A stretch of 19,346 nt of DNA from Candidatus Cryosericum sp. GTDB lineage: Bacteria > Caldisericota > Caldisericia > Cryosericales > Cryosericaceae. The stretch spans positions 1 to 19,346 of the forward strand of contig JBNAWM010000014.1 of assembly GCA_049699855.1 (NCBI GenBank), read 5' to 3'. Shown here one piece after another: positions 1 through 9,292 of the stretch (positions are counted from its first letter, which is position 1; each line of letters starts with the position of its first letter). The position numbers and the translations under genes are program-made. The notes beneath the pieces are model-generated. The model saw nothing but the letters and a program-made list of their open reading frames with translations, ran no database searches and was not told the origin of the DNA.

Positions 1-2
1 GA

Positions 3-116
3 ACGGAAATGAGGGCGGAAAATCGAGGGAGGAGGCAGGCTAATGAGCTGGCGGCAAGCCTGAGGAGGATGCTGAGAAGGGAACTAGGCATTACGGGGAT
101 GCCCCGGCTATTTTAA
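3..116 (+). CDS. C-terminal fragment of an unknown protein (partial, runs off the window start), probably part of the archaeal-like segment
   Basis: Frame 3 is open from the window edge to TAA at 114-116 ([37 protein letters not shown]). Arg codons are mainly AGG/AGA as in the adjacent cmk-like segment. It converges on, and overlaps by 9 bp, the stop of the minus-strand ORF. Confidence 0.4.
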   Translation, partial: TEMRAENRGRRQANELAASLRRMLRRELGITGMPRLF

Positions 117-413
117 GGAATCTAGGAGTTCTAGAACGATGTTTTTTAGGATTCTTGACGTGCTCTTCACGTCGAAGAGTTCTGTGTTTATGACGATGTC
201 GTAGACCGAGGTGTCGGTGATATCTATGCCGTAGTACCTCTTGAAGCGGTTTCTCTCCATCTCCTCCCTCTTCAGCGTCCTCCTCCTCGCCTCCTCTATG
301 GTTACGCCGTCTCTTGCCGCTATCCTCTCCACCCTCGCCTCGAGGGGTGATGTTAGGAGTATCTTTATATCCGCGTTTTCAGCCATCCAGGCCGACAGGG
401 CTCCATCTACGAT
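108..413 (-). other. cmk: C-terminal ~100 aa of an archaeal-type cytidylate kinase, fused in frame to truncated clpC; no N-terminal P-loop
   Basis: [36 protein letters not shown]...[29 protein letters not shown] matches the archaeal Cmk pattern (V.EGRL.GW...AD.KI.L.APLE.R..RIA.RE...RE..E..RY...YGID..D.S.YD.VINT). 10 of 11 Arg codons are AGG/AGA and about half of Ile codons are ATA, unlike the rest of the window. Confidence 0.8.
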
Positions 414-2639
414 TTCCCTCGTTACTCTCGCAAGAAGAATCGACACGATCTTCTCAATGTCCTCCAGAGACAGCTGGTTGAAAATGACGATCTCATCGAC
501 CCGGTTGAGAAACTCCGGTTTGAAGCTGTGTTTGAGCTCATCCATCATGGAGGCGGCATGCGCCTCGTTTTCGCCCTTTTCGCCAGGCAGTTTGAAACCG
601 AGGCTGTCCATACGGTTGAATCCACCGCCAATGTTGCTGGTCATGATAATAACAGCATTGCGGAAATCGACCGTCCTGCCGCTGGCATCCGTCAGGCGGC
701 CATCGTCCATGATCTGCAGAAGAATGTCGAAGACGTCCGGATGCGCCTTTTCAATCTCGTCAAACAGCACGATGCTGAAGGGACGGCGGCGGACTGCTTC
801 CGTCAACTGGCCACCCTCTTCATATCCGACGTATCCAGGCGGGGCCCCCACCAGGCGCGACACAGCGAACTTCTCCATGTACTCGCTCATGTCGAGACGT
901 ATGAGAGATGACTCAGTCCCAAACAGTTCTTCGGCCAGCACACGAGCCAACTCGGTCTTGCCGACTCCAGTGGGTCCCAAAAACAGGAACGAACCGACGG
1001 GCTTGGTGGGATGCTTGAGGCCGGCACGGGATCTCCTCAATGCCTCTGCCATGAGCCCAACAGCCTGATCCTGGCCAACGACTCTCTTCTTGAGGGCATC
1101 TTCGAGGTGCAGCAGTTTCGCCCTTTCGTCCTCGGCAAGCCGCTCTGCCGGAATATTCGTCCACAAAGCCACGACAGCGCGAATATCGTCCGGTGTGACA
1201 ACTGCCTCGCGCGCTGCGGAGGAAATGAGAGAACTGCCCTTCATGTTCTCGATCCTGTCATGCACGTCACGTTCTTGATCACGGAGCCCAGCCGCCTTTT
1301 CGAATTCCTGGTTTCGGATCGCCTCGTCCTTCTCACGCTCGATTTTGTCGAGCTCGTCCTGCAGAAGGCGATATTCATCGCTGGGAACCGCACAGGCAAG
1401 CCTCACTTTGGCACTCGCCTCATCCATGAGATCCACTGCCTTGTCCGGCAGGAACCTGCTGGTGATGTACTTGACAGAAAGCCGCACAGCGGCCTCGATG
1501 GCGGCGTCCGTTATGGTCACCTGATGGTGCGCCTCATACCTGTCTCGAAGTCCCTTGAGAATCTCTATAGACTCGGGGATGGTAGACTCGCTGACGATGA
1601 TTGGCTGAAATCTCCGCTCGAGAGCGGGATCTTTTTCGATATACTTGTGATATTCGCCAAGCGTGGTTGCCCCGATGGTCTGAAGTTCGCCCCGGGAAAG
1701 GGCAGGCTTGAGGATGTTGGCCGCGTCGATCGAACTCCCCTCGGCCGAACCGGCACCGACGACGTTGTGCAGCTCATCGATGAACAGAATGACGCTGCTG
1801 CCCGCTGTCTTCATCTCGGCCAGAAACTTCTTCATGCGGTCCTCAAATTCTCCGCGGTACTTTGTTCCGGCGACGAGGCTGGGAATGTCCAGCGCGATAA
1901 CCCTCTTGTTCTTGAGCAGTTCGGGAACCTGTCCTTCAGCGATCTTCCGTGCCAGCCCCTCCACGATCGCAGTCTTGCCGACTCCGGGGTCGCCGATGAG
2001 GACGGGGTTGTTCTTGGTGCGGCGCAGCAAAATCTGCAGCAGCCGTTCCGTTTCCTTCTCACGGCCAATGACGGGGTCAAGCTTGCCCTGACGCGCCAGC
2101 TCGGTCAAGTCGCGGCTGTACTGATCCAGCGTTGGCGTCTTCGTGCGCTGCCTCGGCTGGTGCCCCGAACGCTGAGGCTCCGCGGTGTGCTCGGTACCTC
2201 GCAATGAGAGAATAGTGTTCACCAGCTTGGAGATGTCGATGCCCTCGTCTTCCAGGCTTCGCACGCCGACCCCGCCACCCTCATGCACAATGGCCAGCAG
2301 GATGTGCTCGGTCGAGATATATCCGTCGCCCAGATTGATCGCTTCGCGCTCCGCAAGATCAAGGACCTTCTTTGCCCGCGGTGTCAGAATGATTTCATCG
2401 TTTCTGCCAAGGAAGTTGTTGTGCTTGACCCCCCTTACCTGGTCAGAAACGTAGTCTACCAGCTTGTGCAAATCGATTCCGCTGGCGACCATCGCCTCGT
2501 AGGCTATGCCTTCCTCGAGCTTGGCCAGTCCTATCAGTAGATGATCCGTATCCAGGAAGTCATTGCCAAGTGAACTGGCAGATTCCTGTGCCATCCAGAC
2601 TGCCTTCTGAGCTCGTTCTGTCAAGTTTGCCCAATTCAT
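108..2639 (-). CDS. clpC: ATP-dependent Clp protease ATP-binding subunit ClpC; native C-terminus replaced by a Cmk-like tail from about position 413
   Basis: True start ATG at 2639 ([14 protein letters not shown]) with GGAGG SD at 2649-2653. Two Clp-N repeats ([18 protein letters not shown]). D1: [61 protein letters not shown]-like M domain ([11 protein letters not shown]). D2: [47 protein letters not shown]. The GARPLRR sensor-2 region is absent. Confidence 0.93.
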   Translation of the reverse strand: MNWANLTERAQKAVWMAQESASSLGNDFLDTDHLLIGLAKLEEGIAYEAMVASGIDLHKLVDYVSDQVRGVKHNNFLGRNDEIILTPRAKKVLDLAEREAINLGDGYISTEHILLAIVHEGGGVGVRSLEDEGIDISKLVNTILSLRGTEHTAEPQRSGHQPRQRTKTPTLDQYSRDLTELARQGKLDPVIGREKETERLLQILLRRTKNNPVLIGDPGVGKTAIVEGLARKIAEGQVPELLKNKRVIALDIPSLVAGTKYRGEFEDRMKKFLAEMKTAGSSVILFIDELHNVVGAGSAEGSSIDAANILKPALSRGELQTIGATTLGEYHKYIEKDPALERRFQPIIVSESTIPESIEILKGLRDRYEAHHQVTITDAAIEAAVRLSVKYITSRFLPDKAVDLMDEASAKVRLACAVPSDEYRLLQDELDKIEREKDEAIRNQEFEKAAGLRDQERDVHDRIENMKGSSLISSAAREAVVTPDDIRAVVALWTNIPAERLAEDERAKLLHLEDALKKRVVGQDQAVGLMAEALRRSRAGLKHPTKPVGSFLFLGPTGVGKTELARVLAEELFGTESSLIRLDMSEYMEKFAVSRLVGAPPGYVGYEEGGQLTEAVRRRPFSIVLFDEIEKAHPDVFDILLQIMDDGRLTDASGRTVDFRNAVIIMTSNIGGGFNRMDSLGFKLPGEKGENEAHAASMMDELKHSFKPEFLNRVDEIVIFNQLSLEDIEKIVSILLARVTREIVDGALSAWMAENADIKILLTSPLEARVERIAARDGVTIEEARRRTLKREEMERNRFKRYYGIDITDTSVYDIVINTELFDVKSTSRILKNIVLELLDSLK

Positions 2640-2713
2640 GGATGCGTACCTCCGTCCCCGGCTCTGCGCAGGGTTCTCGAGCTGGCCGGGCTCGTCTATC
2701 TCTCTGCATGTAT

Positions 2714-2741
2714 AGTTTACCGTCGCCATGCCATTCGTCAA
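2714..2741 (-). promoter_or_regulatory. sigma70-type promoter for clpC
   Basis: Minus strand TTGACG (2741-2736), 16 bp, TAAACT (2719-2714), about 75 bp upstream of the clpC ATG. Confidence 0.6.
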
Positions 2742-2777
2742 ACGTTCGATTGTAGTGACGGGCAAACCACTGGCGGT

Positions 2778-2806
2778 TTGACTTGTACCCTCATCACGTA
2801 TAGAAT
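2778..2806 (+). promoter_or_regulatory. sigma70-type promoter for the hypothetical gene / PBP operon
   Basis: TTGACT (2778-2783), 17 bp, TAGAAT (2801-2806); back-to-back with the clpC promoter. Confidence 0.65.
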
Positions 2807-2843
2807 CCCTTCGTAGAGTTGTTGCAGGCAAAAGGGGGATGCT

Positions 2844-3368
2844 ATGGAGGATGAAGCCAACACAGGGAACACGCCGCGTGACTGGTTTGCAGAACTGACA
2901 GCCCGCATTCCCGGTTTTGTGGGGTATTCTTCGAAGGAACAGCGCCGTGCTGCGGACAAAATGATTCGAGATACCATGGTCGCGAAGCTCGACGACCTCA
3001 GAGACATCCTGTCGGATGTCATCGAGAAGGCAAATGATGCCGAAACCTCGATCCTGGATGACATCGCAAAGATCCTGCGAACGACCAGTGAACTCCGAGA
3101 CAAGATCGAATTCGTGAGCTATGGGGAAACCACGTTCTTCTCCCGTGACCAGGCGGGGACTGCTTTCCTGTCTTCTGTCTATAAGCTCGACACAAGCATC
3201 TATGACACCCTGGACCGCCTGGAGACTCTCTGCGAATCCCCCAAAGACCTTGGCCGGCGTGACACACTGAGAGACATTCGCAAGGGTCTTGACGCAATCC
3301 TTCAGGATTTCACAGCCCGCAAGGCTATCATCAAGGGGTCGGAGCCACAGCAGGCAGACCGGATCTGA
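2844..3368 (+). CDS. Conserved hypothetical helical protein (174 aa)
   Basis: ATG preceded by AAGGGGG, own promoter, host-like codon usage. Motifs [20 protein letters not shown] and SYGETTFF resemble an uncharacterised family I recall from anaerobic bacteria and archaea. Confidence 0.8.
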   Translation: MEDEANTGNTPRDWFAELTARIPGFVGYSSKEQRRAADKMIRDTMVAKLDDLRDILSDVIEKANDAETSILDDIAKILRTTSELRDKIEFVSYGETTFFSRDQAGTAFLSSVYKLDTSIYDTLDRLETLCESPKDLGRRDTLRDIRKGLDAILQDFTARKAIIKGSEPQQADRI

Positions 3369-3392
3369 TTGAAAGGCTCCAGGAGGCTCTCG

Positions 3393-5840
3393 TTGACAAC
3401 AGAACATACTCCGTCACCTCGGGCGCGTCACCACGTACGATTCAAGTCCCTGGTCGGGTGGCTGCTCATCGCCGTGCTGTCTATCGGCATCGTCGGCAGT
3501 GGCATCATCGTTTTCCTTTTTGCACACTATTCCACTCAGGTTCCCCCTGTCGGATCACTGTTCATCGAAACGCCAAAGGCGTCACAGGTGTTTGATCGCA
3601 ATGACAACTTGCTCTCGTCTGTGTATTTCGCGGAAAACCGTTTGCCCAAGTCGCTGACAGAAATCTCAGAGATCACCATCAAAACACTCATCGCCTCAGA
3701 GGACGAACGATTCTTCAGCCACGGACCCATCGATATTCGCGGCATCATTGCCGGGCTTCTGATCGATCCCCTGCTCGGAAGAGGCGTACGCGGAGCAAGC
3801 ACGCTCACTCAGCAGCTTGCTCGCCAGGCAATTCTTCATGATACAAAAGTCACCATTCCCCGCAAGATCAAGGAGATCATTGTCTCCTACCGGCTGGAGA
3901 AACAGTACACAAAAGAAGAAATCCTCAACATGTATCTGAACTATGTCTATTTTGGCAACGGTCTCTATGGCATCGAAGCCGCAGCCCTGGGGTACTTCGG
4001 TGTCCATGCCTCCCAGCTGGATGCGGCACAGGCGGCGATGATCATTGGCGTCCTGCCTGCGCCGTCTGCCTACAATCCGTATGTCGACCTGGCAAAGGCC
4101 ACTGAGCAGCAGCAACTGGTGCTCCACAAAATGGTACGCAACGGCTACCTGACCCAGGAGCAGGCTGATGCAGCCGCGGCCGAGAAACTGACGCTCAAAA
4201 ATGGTATGCGGTCTCCCTACGGAAGCATTGGATGGTTCGTCGACTACGTGAAATCGATCGTACAAGACGAGTACGGACAGGAGATGCTCTATCAAGGAGG
4301 ACTGCGCATCTACACGACCATCGACCCCAAGCTTCAGGAAGCTGCCATGTCAGCTGTCCAGAAGGTGTGGGATCAGGCCAAGAAAGACAAGGTCTTTGTG
4401 GAGAGCGACCGCGACGCGCTTGGCGTCTTCCAGCCCCAGGTGGGTATGGTCAGCGTTGATCCTTCGACTGGGTACATTCTGGCCATGGTTGGCGGCACCA
4501 ACTATGACGAAACCAACTTTAACCGCGTTCTGGCAGCCCGTCAGCCTGGCTCGACGTTCAAGCTGTTTGACTATACTGCAGCGTTTGACAACGGCGTGAC
4601 CTTTCCCTCCGAGATTGTCGCTTCGGAGCCCACTGACTTCGGCGGATGGAATCCCCCCGAATGGCTGGGAACAAATCAGTGGTTTGGACGCATCTCGATC
4701 GCCAACGCGATCAAGGAATCGTCCAACATCATTGCTGCCAAAACAACTCTGAGGGCCGGACTTGACCGGGTCATCTACTATGCACGCAAAATGGGCGTCA
4801 CATCTCCCTTGAAACCCTACGTGTCAATCTCGATTGGCAGCTTCGAGATTACGCCGCTCGAAATGGTTGAAGCCTACTCCACCATTGCAAATGGCGGAAA
4901 ACGTATCACGCCATATCCCATCCGCCGCATCGAGACGCAGGACGGAACCGTCATCGAACAGCACAACTTTGCCGCGACACAGGTGATTCCACAGTCTACG
5001 GCATGGCTTGTCCAACAGATGCTGCGCGGCGTGTACGAGAATACCTCAAATGCTCGCATCAGTGGGCTTCAGGCAGCAGGCAAGACCGGAAGCACCAACG
5101 ATTGGCATGATGCATGGTACGATGGCTTCACCCCCGAGCTGTGCACGGTGATCCACGTTGGAGCGGACGCCACAAGAGCCAACATGTCTGCCATACGAAA
5201 TGCCGGGTCCAGATTTCCTGCCATGACATGGAAAGCGTATATGCAGCAAGCCATGACCATCGTCAAGCAAACAAACTTCGGGCCCAAGCCCGATGGTGTT
5301 TCTGTCCGCACTGTCTGCTCTGACTCAGGATTGCTCGCCAACGATGTGTGTCCGAAGACGTCCACCTATTCGGCCTATTTCCTGTCTGACCACATCCCTT
5401 CTGAGACCTGCACGGTGCATCCACCGATCCTCCAGACCGTCCGGCTCGCGGCGATCGATCCCGCCAAACTGGCTCCCGCCGACTGGCCTGACAGTCAGGT
5501 CATCGTGAAGACGCTCCGCAGAGAGCAGGTTCCTACCGAAGTCTATGGCCAGCAGGGGGTCACGCCTGCCGGCGGCCTGTCCGTGACTACTGTCCCGGAA
5601 ACGTTGAAAGTTGGCCAGCAGGCGACCCTTCGCCTGGCAACCATTTTGCCGCCACCCGCGGGCGTCACCTCCTTTGACGTGTACATCGCCGGATCGCTGG
5701 TGACCTCCGTCTCGTCGCTCCCGGTAACCGTGACCTATGCACCCCTCCAGGCTGGCCCGCTGGAAATCGTCATCGTGGAGCGTTCGGCCTCTCTGGATAC
5801 TGTCTTGCAGCTCGCGTCTTCAGTACAGGTTCAGCCATAG
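3393..5840 (+). CDS. Class A penicillin-binding protein (PBP1A family transglycosylase/transpeptidase)
   Basis: TTG start at 3393 with AGGAGG at 3381-3386. N-terminal TM helix. GT51 motifs [48 protein letters not shown]. Transpeptidase SxxK (PGSTFK), SxN (SSN), KTG (KTGS). Extended C-terminus. Confidence 0.95.
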   Translation: MTTEHTPSPRARHHVRFKSLVGWLLIAVLSIGIVGSGIIVFLFAHYSTQVPPVGSLFIETPKASQVFDRNDNLLSSVYFAENRLPKSLTEISEITIKTLIASEDERFFSHGPIDIRGIIAGLLIDPLLGRGVRGASTLTQQLARQAILHDTKVTIPRKIKEIIVSYRLEKQYTKEEILNMYLNYVYFGNGLYGIEAAALGYFGVHASQLDAAQAAMIIGVLPAPSAYNPYVDLAKATEQQQLVLHKMVRNGYLTQEQADAAAAEKLTLKNGMRSPYGSIGWFVDYVKSIVQDEYGQEMLYQGGLRIYTTIDPKLQEAAMSAVQKVWDQAKKDKVFVESDRDALGVFQPQVGMVSVDPSTGYILAMVGGTNYDETNFNRVLAARQPGSTFKLFDYTAAFDNGVTFPSEIVASEPTDFGGWNPPEWLGTNQWFGRISIANAIKESSNIIAAKTTLRAGLDRVIYYARKMGVTSPLKPYVSISIGSFEITPLEMVEAYSTIANGGKRITPYPIRRIETQDGTVIEQHNFAATQVIPQSTAWLVQQMLRGVYENTSNARISGLQAAGKTGSTNDWHDAWYDGFTPELCTVIHVGADATRANMSAIRNAGSRFPAMTWKAYMQQAMTIVKQTNFGPKPDGVSVRTVCSDSGLLANDVCPKTSTYSAYFLSDHIPSETCTVHPPILQTVRLAAIDPAKLAPADWPDSQVIVKTLRREQVPTEVYGQQGVTPAGGLSVTTVPETLKVGQQATLRLATILPPPAGVTSFDVYIAGSLVTSVSSLPVTVTYAPLQAGPLEIVIVERSASLDTVLQLASSVQVQP

Positions 5841-5923
5841 CAGAAGACTTGAGAAGTTCTGCAGACGGTTGCGGTTCATCTGCTCCGGCGGAGCCGCTCA
5901 TTCGGATTTGACCCCTCGAGTCA

Positions 5924-5951
5924 TTGCATTCGAGGTCGAATACGGTAGACT
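5924..5951 (+). promoter_or_regulatory. Putative sigma70-type promoter for the ygeY cluster
   Basis: TTGCAT (5924-5929), 16 bp, TAGACT (5946-5951). Confidence 0.5.
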
Positions 5952-5953
5952 GA

Positions 5954-6069
5954 CACTGTTTACCATCCTATCCGACAGTGGAGAAAGGAGTACGCTCGAA
6001 GATTCTCTGCCCAGCCTGACCCCCAAGGGCATCCAGGCTTCGCCTCACTGACATCGTCGAGCAGACGCT
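5954..6069 (+). promoter_or_regulatory. Structured 5' leader of ygeY
   Basis: Stem CACTGT (5954-5959)/ACAGTG (5975-5980). SD-like AAAGGAG at 5984-5990. Long stem-loop GCTCGA (5994-5999)/TCGAGC (6057-6062) enclosing AGCCTG/CAGGCT and an apical CCC/GGG stem. Confidence 0.45.
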
Positions 6070-7275
6070 ATGACAAATCAGGCAGTCGAAACACTGGCAA
6101 AAAAGTACGAACCCGAGATCCTTGAGTTTGCGCGTGACATTATTAAGACGCGCAGTTATTCAACGCAGGAGAAAGACCTGGTCATGCTCATCAAGGCCAA
6201 GATGGAAGAGCTGGGCTTTGACGAGGTGAAGGTGGACGGTATCGGTAATATCATCGGGCGCGTGGGAAACGGCCCGCGCAAGATCCTCTATGATGCGCAC
6301 ATCGACACCGTGTGGGCAGAAGACACAGAGAACTGGCGGATGGACCCGTTTGCGGCGGTCGTCGAGGGAGATCTCCTTTATGGACGAGGCTCCAGCGACG
6401 AAAAGGCGGCCATGTCCTCCATGGTCTATGGTGCTGCGATAGCGAAGCAGCTGGGTCTGCTCGAAGGCTTCTCTCTCTACATTTCCGGAACAGTGCTTGA
6501 AGAGACGTGCGATGGCCTGTCGGTCATCCACATGGTGGAGAAAGAGGGGTTCAAGCCGGACTTTGTCGTCATCTGCGAGCCCACCAGTCTGGACGTCTAT
6601 CGTGGACATCGAGGCCGCGTCGAACTCAAGATCACGACGACTGGAGTGTCCGCTCATGCAGCCCACCCCGACAAGGGCGACAATGCGATCTATAAGATGG
6701 CCAGAACTGTCCTGAACATCGAGAAACTGACCGAGACCTTCAAGGATGATCCGTTCCTTGGCAAGGGCACCGCTGTTGTCAGCATCATTGAGAGCAAGGC
6801 TCCATCGATCAATTCTGTTCCCTACGAGAGCACCATCTACATCGATCGGCGCATCACCATCGGCGAGACAAAGGAGACTGTTCTTGCCGAGTTCCGTGGC
6901 GCCGTGTACGATCCCGAGCACACAACCGTCGAGTTGACTGAATTTGAAGACACGAGCTGGACCGGGCTCCATGTCAAACAAGAGAAGTATTTTCCTACAT
7001 GGGCTCTTGACGAGCAGCATCCCCTCGTCAGGGCCGGAGTCGACGCCGCAACCGAGGCGCGCGGCAAGGCACCCAGGATATCCCGCTGGATTTTCTCGAC
7101 AAACGGGGTTGCATTCATGGGTCGATTCAACATCCCTTCCATCGGATTCGGCCCTGGCGACGAGTGGCTCGCCCATGCTGCAAACGAGTATGTCCGCATC
7201 AGCGATCTGTACGAAGCAGCGCGCTTCTACGCCCTGCTGCCATCTGAACTTGCCAAGGAGGTTGCGGCACAATGA
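6070..7275 (+). CDS. ygeY: YgeY-family M20 metallo-amidohydrolase
   Basis: M20 motifs YDAHIDTV, GRGSSDEK, VLEETCDG, ICEPT, GHRGR, SAHAAHP, FSTNG, GFGPGDEWLAH. Adjacent to ygeW-like and carbamate kinase genes. Confidence 0.85.
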   Translation: MTNQAVETLAKKYEPEILEFARDIIKTRSYSTQEKDLVMLIKAKMEELGFDEVKVDGIGNIIGRVGNGPRKILYDAHIDTVWAEDTENWRMDPFAAVVEGDLLYGRGSSDEKAAMSSMVYGAAIAKQLGLLEGFSLYISGTVLEETCDGLSVIHMVEKEGFKPDFVVICEPTSLDVYRGHRGRVELKITTTGVSAHAAHPDKGDNAIYKMARTVLNIEKLTETFKDDPFLGKGTAVVSIIESKAPSINSVPYESTIYIDRRITIGETKETVLAEFRGAVYDPEHTTVELTEFEDTSWTGLHVKQEKYFPTWALDEQHPLVRAGVDAATEARGKAPRISRWIFSTNGVAFMGRFNIPSIGFGPGDEWLAHAANEYVRISDLYEAARFYALLPSELAKEVAAQ

Positions 7276-8252
7276 ACACCAAGATGAAGGGAAGAGACTT
7301 TCTGTCGACCAACGACTGGACGCTTGAAGAACTGGAGATGCTTCTGGATGTCGCATTTGACCTCAAGAAACAGAAGGCATTGGGGATCTCCCACCGTCTT
7401 CTTGAAGACAAAACGCTCTTCATGCTTTTCAAGGACAAGTCCACCCGTACAAGGAACTCGACTGAGGCGGCCATGACACAACTGGGCGGCCACGCGCACT
7501 ATTTGACTGAGGAAGCAGTGCAGATTTCTCATGGAGACACCGAGAAGGAGATGGGAATTATCCTTTCCCGCTACGGACACGGCATTGCCATCCGTGACGA
7601 CATCTACCTGGGCGTTGGTCACAAGTACATGACCAATATTGCGAAGTACGCCGACATCCCCGTCATTTCTCTTGAGTCCGATTTCGACCATCCCTGCCAG
7701 ATGATGGCGGACATTATGACCGTCAAAGAGAAATTCCACAACGAGGTACGGGGACGCAAGTTTGTCATGTCCTGGGCCTATGCGCCCAGTTATGCAAAAC
7801 CCCTGGCTGTAGCTCAGGGCACCGTCATGATGATGCCACGCTTTGGGATGGATGTCACTCTGGCCCTTCCCCCGGAGTTTGCCCTTCAGCCTGAAGCCAT
7901 GGAGATCGCCCGCAGAAATGCCGAGGAGGCAGGGGTCAAGTTTGAGGTTACGCATGACATGGATGCGGCGATGGAAGGAGCCGATATTGTGGAAGCCAAG
8001 TCCTGGGGATGCTTCATGACAACCCGCGACCTCAAGGAATCTCAGGAGATTGCCAAGAAGTACACGGATTGGATTCTTGATGAACGCCGCCTTGGCCTCG
8101 CCAAGAAGAATGCCATCTACATGCACCCGCTGCCCGCCGACCGGAACGCCGAGGTGACCGATGCCGTCATTGACGGCCCGCACTCTGTTGTCTATGACGA
8201 GGCAGAAAACCGACTCCATACAGTGAAGGCAGTACTTGCCCTCACTATGTAG
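7272..8252 (+). CDS. YgeW-related (knotted-type) carbamoyltransferase, OTCase/ATCase superfamily
   Basis: STRT, HPCQ and HPLP motifs. YgeW-like signatures QISHGDT, IRDDIYLGVGHKYM, SWAYAPSYAKPLAVAQG, RFGMDVTLA, AKSWG. ATGA overlap with the ygeY stop. At 326 aa it is shorter than E. coli YgeW. Confidence 0.85.
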   Translation: MNTKMKGRDFLSTNDWTLEELEMLLDVAFDLKKQKALGISHRLLEDKTLFMLFKDKSTRTRNSTEAAMTQLGGHAHYLTEEAVQISHGDTEKEMGIILSRYGHGIAIRDDIYLGVGHKYMTNIAKYADIPVISLESDFDHPCQMMADIMTVKEKFHNEVRGRKFVMSWAYAPSYAKPLAVAQGTVMMMPRFGMDVTLALPPEFALQPEAMEIARRNAEEAGVKFEVTHDMDAAMEGADIVEAKSWGCFMTTRDLKESQEIAKKYTDWILDERRLGLAKKNAIYMHPLPADRNAEVTDAVIDGPHSVVYDEAENRLHTVKAVLALTM

Positions 8253-8280
8253 TGGAGCAACCAGACAGGAGAAGAATCCC

Positions 8281-9231
8281 ATGTCCAAGTTAGCCGTCAT
8301 TGCCATTGGTGGAAACTCGCTTATCAAGGATGAACAGCACAAGAGCGTGGCTGACCAGTATGATGCGGTCGTGGAAACGGCGCATCACATCGCGGGTCTG
8401 GTCGAACAGGACTATGACGTCGTCATTACGCATGGCAACGGCCCCCAAGTCGGCTTTATCCTGCTTCGCTCAGAGATTGCCGAGAAGGCTGCCGGATTGC
8501 ACCCGGTGCCCTTGGATTCCTGCGGAGCAGACACGCAGGGTGCCATTGGATACCAGATTCAACAGGCCCTGCACAATGAGTTCTTGAAGCGAGGACTGGC
8601 CAAGAAGGCTGTCACGGTTGTCACCCAGGTCCTTGTGGGCCGCGACGATCCCGCGTTTGCCAATCCGCAGAAACCCGTTGGCTCGTTTTACAGCAAGGAA
8701 GACATTGACGCGAAAGTCGCGGCTGAAGGCTGGAATGTTGTGGAAGACGCTGGACGCGGCTGGCGACGAGTTGTCGCTTCGCCCATGCCGATCGAGATCA
8801 TCGAGCTGGACGCCATCAAGACGCTTGTGCACTCCGGATTTGCCGTTGTTGCGGCAGGCGGGGGTGGAATCCCTGTTGTGAAGGACGCACAGGGGAATCT
8901 CACCGGAGTGGCTGCAGTCATCGATAAGGATCATGCCACCAGTCTGCTGGCCACCAACCTCAATGCGGACCTCTTCATTATCAGCACTGCCGTCGAGAAG
9001 GTGTTCATCAACTATAACAAGCCTGATCAAAAAGGCATTGACCGCATGACTGTCAGCGAAGCCAAGGAGTATGTGGAGCAAGGACAGTTCGCCAAGGGGT
9101 CGATGCTCCCCAAAATCAAAGCTGTCATCGCTTTTCTTGAACATGGTGGCCGCGAGGCCCTCATCACAAACCCCGAATCGCTCGAACGTGCCATTGCCGG
9201 CGAGACTGGAACCAGGATTGTCCGCGACTAG
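8281..9231 (+). CDS. arcC: Carbamate kinase
   Basis: ATG at 8281 after AGGAGA. Motifs AIGGNSL, THGNGPQVG, ADTQGAIGY, KPVGSFY, EDAGRGWRRVVASP, GGGGIPV, AVIDKD, GSMLPK. Confidence 0.95.
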   Translation: MSKLAVIAIGGNSLIKDEQHKSVADQYDAVVETAHHIAGLVEQDYDVVITHGNGPQVGFILLRSEIAEKAAGLHPVPLDSCGADTQGAIGYQIQQALHNEFLKRGLAKKAVTVVTQVLVGRDDPAFANPQKPVGSFYSKEDIDAKVAAEGWNVVEDAGRGWRRVVASPMPIEIIELDAIKTLVHSGFAVVAAGGGGIPVVKDAQGNLTGVAAVIDKDHATSLLATNLNADLFIISTAVEKVFINYNKPDQKGIDRMTVSEAKEYVEQGQFAKGSMLPKIKAVIAFLEHGGREALITNPESLERAIAGETGTRIVRD

Positions 9232-9259
9232 CACACATTAAACCAACTGCACGTTACCC

Positions 9260-9292
9260 GGGGCGGGCGAGGCAATGGACCTCCCCCGCCCT
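9260..9292 (+). other. GC-rich intergenic hairpin between arcC and the thrC-like gene
   Basis: GGGCGGG-C-GAGG (9261-9272), 7-nt loop, CCTC-C-CCCGCCC (9280-9291). Followed only by TCTT and then the SD of the next gene. Confidence 0.55.

Noticed and set aside
241..2207. Long plus-strand ORFs 241-1068 and 1011-2207, and similar antisense ORFs at 6160-7356, 7227-8342, 8470-9234 and 11157-11876
   Set aside because: They are antisense shadows of conserved genes in GC-rich DNA, with no recognisable motifs or SD sequences.
2657..2690. RNA thermometer in the clpC leader (CCCGGC/GCCGGG stem)
   Set aside because: The stem is only 6 bp and does not sequester the SD at 2649-2653.
2640..3407. 256-aa N-terminal extension of clpC in the ORF track (1099 aa ORF)
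   Set aside because: It is the antisense of the 2844-3368 gene plus the promoter region. ClpC homology, SD and promoter all point to ATG 2639.
5737..6051. 104-aa ORF spanning the pbp-ygeY gap, considered as a leader peptide
   Set aside because: It starts inside pbp, crosses the predicted promoter, and has no SD or protein-like features.
5841..6069. Known riboswitch (purine, guanidine, xanthine) or sigma-54 promoter upstream of ygeY
   Set aside because: I could not match the conserved cores of these aptamers or a TGGCAC-N5-TTGC motif by eye. An Rfam scan is still needed.
6070..9231. Arginine biosynthesis (argE-argF) or arginine deiminase operon
   Set aside because: There is no arcA, arcD or other arg gene. 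The transcarbamylase lacks the SMG motif and carries YgeW signatures.
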